A stretch of 64,000 bases of DNA, taken from Actinomycetota bacterium. GTDB lineage: Bacteria > Actinomycetota > Actinomycetes > Propionibacteriales > Propionibacteriaceae. The notes beneath the pieces were generated by a model, which searched no databases, was not told the origin of the DNA, and saw only the letters and a program-made list of their open reading frames with translations. Positions 57,775 through 64,000 of the stretch are shown here, piece after piece; the stretch's first letter is position 1, and each line of letters opens with the position of its first letter. Both the position numbers and the translations under genes were made by a program. The stretch is from contig JBKPAB010000013.1 in NCBI GenBank assembly GCA_046726195.1, positions 9,464 through 73,463 of the forward strand. Reading direction: 5' to 3'.

Positions 57775-59871
57775 ATGCGGCCGATTGAAGACCTTCAGCG
57801 CGCAGTCGCTCCTTTCAAGGTAGAGAGCGACTTCGCGCCGTCCGGTGATCAGCCCCAGGCCATCGATGAGCTAGAGGAGCGGATCACCAAAGGCGAGCAG
57901 CATGTCGTGTTGCTGGGTGCTACAGGTACGGGCAAGACGGCCACCATCGCCTGGCTTGCCGAACGCCTGCAGCGACCGATGCTGGTCATGCAGCCCAACA
58001 AGACGTTGGCAGCGCAGTTCGCCAATGAGCTTAGGCAGTTCTTCCCGCGCAACGCCGTCGAGTACTTCGTGTCGTATTACGACTACTACCAACCTGAGGC
58101 GTACGTGCCGCAGACCGACACCTACATCGAGAAGGACTCCTCGCTCAACGAGGAAGTCGAGCGGTTGCGCCACTCGGCAACGAACTCCCTGCTTACTCGT
58201 CGCGACGTCATCGTGGTAGCGACGGTGTCGGCCATCTATGGTCTGGGTACGCCGCAGGAATACGTCGGCCGCATGGTCAAGCTCCAGCTGGGACAGGAAA
58301 TCGAGAGGGACGCTCTGCTGCGTCGGCTGGTCGGAATCCAGTACGTGCGTAATGATCTTTCTGGCAGTCGCGGCACCTTCCGGGTGCGCGGGGACACCCT
58401 GGAGGTGTTCCCGATGTATGAGGAGTTGGCCGTCCGCGTCGAGTTTTTTGGTGACGAGATCGAGCGGCTGAGCACGCTCCACCCGGTGACCGGTGAGGTC
58501 GTCACTGAGGACCGTGAGGTGTATCTCTTTCCGGCCAGCCACTACGTCGCAGGTCCGGAGCGGATGGAACGGGCCATTGCCGGGATTGAGGTCGAGCTGG
58601 CCGAGCGGCTCGCCGAGCTGGAGCGAGAGCAGCGCCTGCTCGAGGCGCAACGCCTGCGCATGCGGACCAGCTATGACATCGAGATGATGCGGCAGATTGG
58701 CACCTGCTCAGGCATCGAGAATTACTCCAGGCACATCGACGGCCGGGCGCCGGGCAGCCCGCCGAACTGTCTGCTCGACTACTTCCCGTCAGACTTCCTC
58801 TTGGTCATCGACGAGTCGCACATCACCGTGCCCCAGATCGGTGGAATGTACGAAGGTGATATGTCTCGGAAGCGGACGCTGGTCGAGCACGGCTTCCGGC
58901 TGCCGAGTGCCATGGACAATCGACCGCTGCGTTTCGAGGAGTTCGTGGAGCGCATTGGCCAAACTGTCTATCTATCCGCCACACCGGGCTATTACGAGAT
59001 GGCTAAGTCAAAAGGCTTCGTCGAACAACTCATCAGGCCCACTGGCCTGGTGGATCCTCAGGTCATCGTCAAGCCCACTCACGGTCAGATCGACGATCTG
59101 ATGGGGGAGATCAGGACGCGAACCGAGCGGCGGGAGCGGGTCCTGGTGACCACACTGACGAAGAAGATGGCCGAGGATCTCACCGACTATCTCCTTGAGA
59201 ACGGCATCCGCACCCGATACCTGCACTCCGAGGTCGACACACTCCAGCGAGTCCAGTTGCTGCGCGAGCTGAGGACGGGGGAGTTCGATGTCTTAGTCGG
59301 AATCAACCTGCTCCGGGAGGGCTTGGACCTTCCCGAGGTTTCTCTTGTCGCCATCCTCGATGCCGACAAGGAGGGGTTCCTGCGGAGTGAGAAGAGCCTG
59401 ATTCAGACGATCGGCCGGGCGGCTCGGAACGTCTCCGGCGAGGTCCACATGTACGCCGACTCCGTAACCGATTCGATGACCGCGGCGATCGATGAAACCA
59501 ACCGCCGGCGGGAGAAGCAGGTGGCCTACAACCTCGCTAACGGTATCGATCCGCAGCCCATCCGAAAAAAGATCGCCGACATCACCGACATGCTCGCTCG
59601 AGAGGACGCCGACACCGACGACCTGTTCGGCGGGCGACAGCGAGGCCGCGGCCGAGCTCCGGTTCCGTCGCTCGGGGCAAAGGAGACCAGCGCACAGGCA
59701 CGGCGGCTGGCCGGGCTACCAGCGGGCGACCTCGCCGATCTCGTACAGGAACTGACCACACAAATGCATGCCGCGGCGGCCGATCTGCAGTTTGAGCTTG
59801 CGGCTCGGCTCCGCGACGAGATAGCGGACCTCAAGAAAGAGCTACGGCAGATGGTGGAGGCCAACCGCTAA
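57775..59871 (+). CDS. uvrB: Excinuclease ABC subunit B
   Basis: [40 protein letters not shown]-terminal UVR domain. Confidence 0.98.
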   Translation: MRPIEDLQRAVAPFKVESDFAPSGDQPQAIDELEERITKGEQHVVLLGATGTGKTATIAWLAERLQRPMLVMQPNKTLAAQFANELRQFFPRNAVEYFVSYYDYYQPEAYVPQTDTYIEKDSSLNEEVERLRHSATNSLLTRRDVIVVATVSAIYGLGTPQEYVGRMVKLQLGQEIERDALLRRLVGIQYVRNDLSGSRGTFRVRGDTLEVFPMYEELAVRVEFFGDEIERLSTLHPVTGEVVTEDREVYLFPASHYVAGPERMERAIAGIEVELAERLAELEREQRLLEAQRLRMRTSYDIEMMRQIGTCSGIENYSRHIDGRAPGSPPNCLLDYFPSDFLLVIDESHITVPQIGGMYEGDMSRKRTLVEHGFRLPSAMDNRPLRFEEFVERIGQTVYLSATPGYYEMAKSKGFVEQLIRPTGLVDPQVIVKPTHGQIDDLMGEIRTRTERRERVLVTTLTKKMAEDLTDYLLENGIRTRYLHSEVDTLQRVQLLRELRTGEFDVLVGINLLREGLDLPEVSLVAILDADKEGFLRSEKSLIQTIGRAARNVSGEVHMYADSVTDSMTAAIDETNRRREKQVAYNLANGIDPQPIRKKIADITDMLAREDADTDDLFGGRQRGRGRAPVPSLGAKETSAQARRLAGLPAGDLADLVQELTTQMHAAAADLQFELAARLRDEIADLKKELRQMVEANR

Positions 59872-60090
59872 CGCGCTGCAGAGGCCGACCGCTGACGCGC
59901 GATGTGCCCTGAGCTCGTCGAAGGGCACTCTGCGAGCCCGACCGCTGACGCGCTGCAGAGGCCGACCGCTGACGCGCGATGTGCCCTGAGCTCGTCGAAG
60001 GGCACTCTGCGAGCCCGACCGCTGACGCGCTGCAGAGGCCGACCGCTGACGCGCGATTGCCCTGAGCTCGTCGAAGGGCACTCTGCAGAG
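59871..60090. repeat. About 2.8 tandem 77-bp units, each carrying a family A palindrome
   Basis: Units start at 59871, 59948, 60025; each has GTGCCCTGAGCTCGTCGAAGGGCAC and two CCGACCGCTGACGCGC sub-repeats. Confidence 0.95.
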
Positions 60091-60145
60091 GCTAACTGCT
60101 GAGTCCTCAGATGGGGCTGTTAGCCGCCCCCTGACATACTGAACG

Positions 60146-60263
60146 TCGGAGGGGAGTATTCCTTCGCGGCGGCATCGTCATCACGGATCGTTCCGGACAG
60201 GATCTGTTCCTTCCAGGACACCCGGTGCCTTCGGCCGGTGAGCCTGGTGGAAGAGACCTCCGA
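60146..60263 (+). ncRNA. yybP-ykoY (Mn2+) riboswitch
   Basis: P1 TCGGAGG/CCTCCGA, GGGGAGTA, CGTCATCAC and GAGACC signatures; upstream of terC. Confidence 0.85.
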
Positions 60264-60304
60264 GACCGAATCGCTCTCTGAATCCCGGCTCGGAAGGACC
60301 CCAC

Positions 60305-61363
60305 ATGGAGGTTCACCTCTACGCGTGGACCATCACAGCCATCGTGATGGTGGCGATCCTCGTCATCGACGTGCTCATCATCGGTCGGCGACCGCACGAG
60401 CCGTCTATGACGGAGGCCGGCATCTTCGTCGGCATTTACGTCACTTTGGCTGTGCTCTTCGGCTTCGGCGTCTGGGCCATCTCGGGCCCGCGTTACGCGG
60501 GAGAGTTCTTCGCCGGCTGGATAACCGAATACAGCCTCTCAATCGACAACCTGTTCATCTTCTTGGTCATCATGACCAAGCTCAAGGTCCCGCGTCAGCT
60601 GCAGCAGTTTGCGCTGCTGGTTGGGATCATCTTGGCCCTCATCTTCCGTGCGATCTTTATTGCGCTGGGCGCTGCGGCCATCAATCGTTTCAGCTGGATC
60701 TTCTTCGCCTTCGGCGGTTTCCTCATCTGGACCGCCGTAAAGCTCTACCTCGACTACCGCAAGCACGAGGAAGACACTGACGAGCCCCCGGACAACGCGG
60801 CGTTACGGTTCGTGAGGCGTCGCTTCAGCGCAACGACGCACTACCGGGGCACGAAGTTGACTGTGGTGGAGAACGGCAAGCGGATGATCACTCCGATGCT
60901 CATCGTGATCATTGCATTGGGCAGCACCGACTTGCTGTTTGCGCTGGATTCCATCCCAGCGATCTACGGGTTGACCCAAGAGCCCTATCTGGTATTCACC
61001 GCCAATGTGTTCGCGCTGATGGGCCTACGGCAGCTGTACTTCTTGATTGGCGGGTTGCTCAGGAGGCTCGTCTACTTGTCGGTTGGCTTGGCGATCATCC
61101 TGGGATTCATTGGCGTCAAGCTGATCTTGCATGCGTTGCACACTTACCATCTGGCGGACTGGGCTCCTTGGGATGGCGAGATTCCCATCTGGGTCTCATT
61201 GACGGTGATCATCGTGACTCTCACGATCACCACCGTGGCCAGCCTGGTGAAGTCGAGATACGACCAGGACAGGCTGACCACAGGTGCGCCCAACCCCGAC
61301 GCATCAGGCAGCGACCCGGGTGTCGCTCGCGGGCGAGACCGGCTCGATGGCCTGAGCGACTAG
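60305..61363 (+). CDS. terC: TerC/Alx-family membrane protein
   Basis: FAGWITEYSLSIDNLF, DLLFALDSIPA, FTANVFALMGLRQLYF. Confidence 0.92.
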   Translation: MEVHLYAWTITAIVMVAILVIDVLIIGRRPHEPSMTEAGIFVGIYVTLAVLFGFGVWAISGPRYAGEFFAGWITEYSLSIDNLFIFLVIMTKLKVPRQLQQFALLVGIILALIFRAIFIALGAAAINRFSWIFFAFGGFLIWTAVKLYLDYRKHEEDTDEPPDNAALRFVRRRFSATTHYRGTKLTVVENGKRMITPMLIVIIALGSTDLLFALDSIPAIYGLTQEPYLVFTANVFALMGLRQLYFLIGGLLRRLVYLSVGLAIILGFIGVKLILHALHTYHLADWAPWDGEIPIWVSLTVIIVTLTITTVASLVKSRYDQDRLTTGAPNPDASGSDPGVARGRDRLDGLSD

Positions 61364-63658
61364 CTCAGCAACATCGGTGGTCGGAATGACCGTGATCGTT
61401 TCGAGCACGTCCGCCGGCACATCGTCCAGATCGGGCTCGTTCCGCTTAGGTACGAAGACGGTGGTAAGACCGGCCCGCTGAGCCGCCAGCAGCTTCTGCT
61501 TCACTCCGCCGATCGGCAGCACCCGCCCGTTCAGCGTCACCTCGCCGGTCATCCCGACATCGGACCGCACCGGCCTGCCCATCGCCATCGACGTGAGGGC
61601 CGTCACCATGGTGACGCCGGCCGACGGGCCATCCTTGGGAACCGCTCCCGCGGGAACGTGGATATGGATGTGGCGGTCAAGAATCGAAGGGTCGCTGATC
61701 CCGAGCTGGTCGGCATGGGCGCGGACGTAGGAGAGCGCAATCTGCGCCGACTCCTTCATCACCTCGCCCAGTTGGCCCGTCAACGTCAGGCTGCCGGATC
61801 CCGAGCTTTGCGAGGGCCCGTCCAAAGCAGACGCTTCAACGAACAAGACGTCGCCGCCCAGACCAGTCACGGCCAAACCGGTCGCCACCCCTGGTACCGA
61901 GGTACGCTCGTGCGCTTCCGGGGTGAACCTCGGCCGACCGAGGTATTCACGCAAGTTGGACGGCTCGATCACAAAGCCCGGCTGGGCGGTTCCGTGCGCA
62001 AGCTTCGTCGCTGCCTTGCGCAGCACCTTCGCGAGCGACCGCTCCATCTGACGCACCCCAGGCTCGCGGGTGTAGTTAGCGGCGATCTCGCGCAACGCGT
62101 CATCGCTGACCGTGACCTCCTCAGCAGTCAGCGCAGCACGCTCAAGCTGCCGAGGCAGCAAGAACTGCCGAGCGATGGCGATCTTGTCGTCCTCGGTGTA
62201 GCCGTCGAGGTTCACCACCTCCATACGGTCGAGCAGCGCCGATGGAATCGTGTCGACCACGTTGGCCGTGGCCAGGAACAACACGTCTGAGAGGTCAAGA
62301 TCAACCTCGAGGTAGTGGTCCCGGAACGTGTGGTTCTGGGCGGGGTCGAGGACCTCCAGCAGGGCGGCTGCCGGGTCGCCCCGATAGTCCGAACCCACCT
62401 TGTCGACTTCGTCGAGCAGCAAAACCGGATTCATCGACCCAGCCTCGGTGATGGCCCGCACGATCCGCCCGGGCAGCGCCCCAACATAGGTACGCCGGTG
62501 ACCGCGGATCTCAGCCTCGTCGCGTACGCCGCCGAGGGCAACACGCACGAAGTTGCGGCCCAACGCCCGGGCGACGGACTCACCAAGCGAGGTCTTTCCC
62601 ACCCCAGGCGGGCCAACCAGCGCCATCACCGCGCCCGAGCCGCGCCCGCCGATGACCTCCAGACCGCGCTCTGCGCGGCGGGCACGAATCGCGAGGTACT
62701 CAACGATCCGATCCTTGACATCCTCGAGACCGTGGTGGTCGGCGTCCAGCACCTCGCGCGCCGCATTGATGTCGGTCGAGTCGGTTGTCTTGGTGTTCCA
62801 GGGCAGCTCGAGGATCGTGTCCAGCCACGTGCGAATCCAACCTGATTCGGGACTCTGGTCGCTGGCGCGTTCAAGCTTGCCAACCTCTCGGAGCGCGGCC
62901 TTGCGAACATCATCTGGCAGGTCAGCCGCCTCGACACGTGCTCGATAATCCTCGGCACCATCCGGCTCGTCTTCGCCCAGCTCTTTCCGAATCGCGTTCA
63001 GCTGCTGACGAAGCAGGAACTCGCGCTGGCTCTTTTCCATCCCTTCGCGGACATCGTCGGCGATCTTCTCATTGACCTCGGTCTCCGCGATGTACGCCTT
63101 GGTCCACTCGATCAGCGCGGTCAGCCGTGCCACGACGTCGGGCGTCTCCAGTAGCTGGCGCTTCCGTTCGTCACTCAGCCAGGGCGCATAACCTGCCAGG
63201 TCAGCCAGGGTAGAGGGATCGGTGACCCGGCTGACGGTGTCAATCACCTGCCAGGCGTCGCGGCGCTGCAGGGTGGCGATGACCAGGCCCTTGTATTCGG
63301 CAGCCAACGTGCGGACTTCCTCAGAATCATGCGCTGGCTCGGGGAGTTCCTCAGCCTCAACCCACAGCGCCGTACCCGGCCCCGAGACTCCAGAGCCGAT
63401 CTTGACTCTGCGCTCGGCCTTGATCACGGCTGCGGGCTCGCCCGTCGCCAGGCGGCCGAGCTGCACGATCGTAGCCACGACACCGTACGAGGCATAGCGG
63501 TCCTCCAGACGAGGGGCGACAAGCAACATGTTCTCGCTGTGGGCTTTCGCCGCATCAACCGCCGCGCGGGCAGCGTCGTCGAGCTCGATCGGCACTACCA
63601 TGCCGGGCAGTACCACGAGGTCGGTAAGGAATAGCACAGGTAGCCGGGTTGTCGACAT
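61304..63658 (-). CDS. lon: ATP-dependent Lon protease
   Basis: LVGPPGVGKTS, GGVRDEAEIRGHRRTY, KDGPSAG (catalytic Ser), GGVKQK (Lys). Confidence 0.97.
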   Translation of the reverse strand: MSTTRLPVLFLTDLVVLPGMVVPIELDDAARAAVDAAKAHSENMLLVAPRLEDRYASYGVVATIVQLGRLATGEPAAVIKAERRVKIGSGVSGPGTALWVEAEELPEPAHDSEEVRTLAAEYKGLVIATLQRRDAWQVIDTVSRVTDPSTLADLAGYAPWLSDERKRQLLETPDVVARLTALIEWTKAYIAETEVNEKIADDVREGMEKSQREFLLRQQLNAIRKELGEDEPDGAEDYRARVEAADLPDDVRKAALREVGKLERASDQSPESGWIRTWLDTILELPWNTKTTDSTDINAAREVLDADHHGLEDVKDRIVEYLAIRARRAERGLEVIGGRGSGAVMALVGPPGVGKTSLGESVARALGRNFVRVALGGVRDEAEIRGHRRTYVGALPGRIVRAITEAGSMNPVLLLDEVDKVGSDYRGDPAAALLEVLDPAQNHTFRDHYLEVDLDLSDVLFLATANVVDTIPSALLDRMEVVNLDGYTEDDKIAIARQFLLPRQLERAALTAEEVTVSDDALREIAANYTREPGVRQMERSLAKVLRKAATKLAHGTAQPGFVIEPSNLREYLGRPRFTPEAHERTSVPGVATGLAVTGLGGDVLFVEASALDGPSQSSGSGSLTLTGQLGEVMKESAQIALSYVRAHADQLGISDPSILDRHIHIHVPAGAVPKDGPSAGVTMVTALTSMAMGRPVRSDVGMTGEVTLNGRVLPIGGVKQKLLAAQRAGLTTVFVPKRNEPDLDDVPADVLETITVIPTTDVAELVAQAIEPVSPASDTRVAA

Positions 63659-63689
63659 CAATTTCGCCTTCCAGAAGGGTCGCTCGGAA

Positions 63690-63710
63690 GTTGAGCGTCA
63701 TAGACTCAAG
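63690..63710. promoter_or_regulatory. HspR-associated inverted repeat (HAIR)
   Basis: GTTGAGC-N7-ACTCAAG versus CTTGAGT-N7-ACTCAAG, upstream of lon. Confidence 0.8.
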
Positions 63711-63883
63711 GCTTTTCAGTACAAGTTTCTTCCCACTGCCCAAGCGTTCTCCGACAGCGAACTGGTGATCGTTGAACTTGTCGTCGTGCGGATTGCAGTG
63801 GGCTCGTGCCCAGGCAAATGGACAGAGCGGGGTTGGGTGACCTCGCTTGGGGCCGTCGACTGGGCTTGGCTTAGCCTCAGGCG

Positions 63884-64000
63884 ATGGACATCGTTCTCAT
63901 TCCCGGCCTGTGGCTCGACGGCTCGTCATGGGACGCGGTCGTTCCCGTCCTGCAGCAAGCGGGTCATCGCACATATCCGCTCACGCTGCCTGGCATGGAG
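63884..64000 (+). CDS. Alpha/beta hydrolase, N-terminus only (runs off window)
   Basis: MDIVLIPGLWLDGSSWDAVVPVLQQAGHRTYPLTLPGME. Confidence 0.8.
   Translation, partial: MDIVLIPGLWLDGSSWDAVVPVLQQAGHRTYPLTLPGME

Noticed and set aside
59871-60090. Possible CRISPR array
   Set aside because: Whole 77-bp units are duplicated; no unique spacers, leader or cas genes.

Overview
High-GC actinobacterial chromosome segment, probably Propionibacteriales/Microlunatus-like (inferred from gene order and protein style). Most of it is conserved core genome: a LexA-controlled HEPN-dinB unit, DUF3040, a MoxR-DUF58-transglutaminase operon, the dcw cluster (mraZ-rsmH-ftsL-ftsI-murEF-mraY-murD-ftsW-murGC-ftsQ-ftsZ-sepF-yggT-divIVA), dksA-like-lspA-rluA-pyk, tRNA-Leu(CAA), an ANTAR response regulator, a liv ABC operon, a PLP decarboxylase, polA, rpsA, coaE, uvrB, a yybP-ykoY riboswitch with terC, and lon with an HspR HAIR operator. 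The first ~10 kb is accessory: a glycosyltransferase-WS/DGAT fusion operon, a group II intron remnant joined to a truncated CorA gene, and several oxidoreductases/hydrolases. The main unexplained signal is a dense set of at least four families of short palindromic repeats (about 15 loci) with no transposase in the window. They occur nested inside each other, in tandem arrays, as an inverted pair around ftsZ-divIVA, and read through in frame inside ftsI and the GT-WS/DGAT fusion. A second candidate system is a PrsW-like membrane protein with degenerate catalytic motifs and two zinc ribbons, coupled to a Pro-rich single-pass protein. All calls are by-eye motif recognition; no searches were run and identities are approximate.
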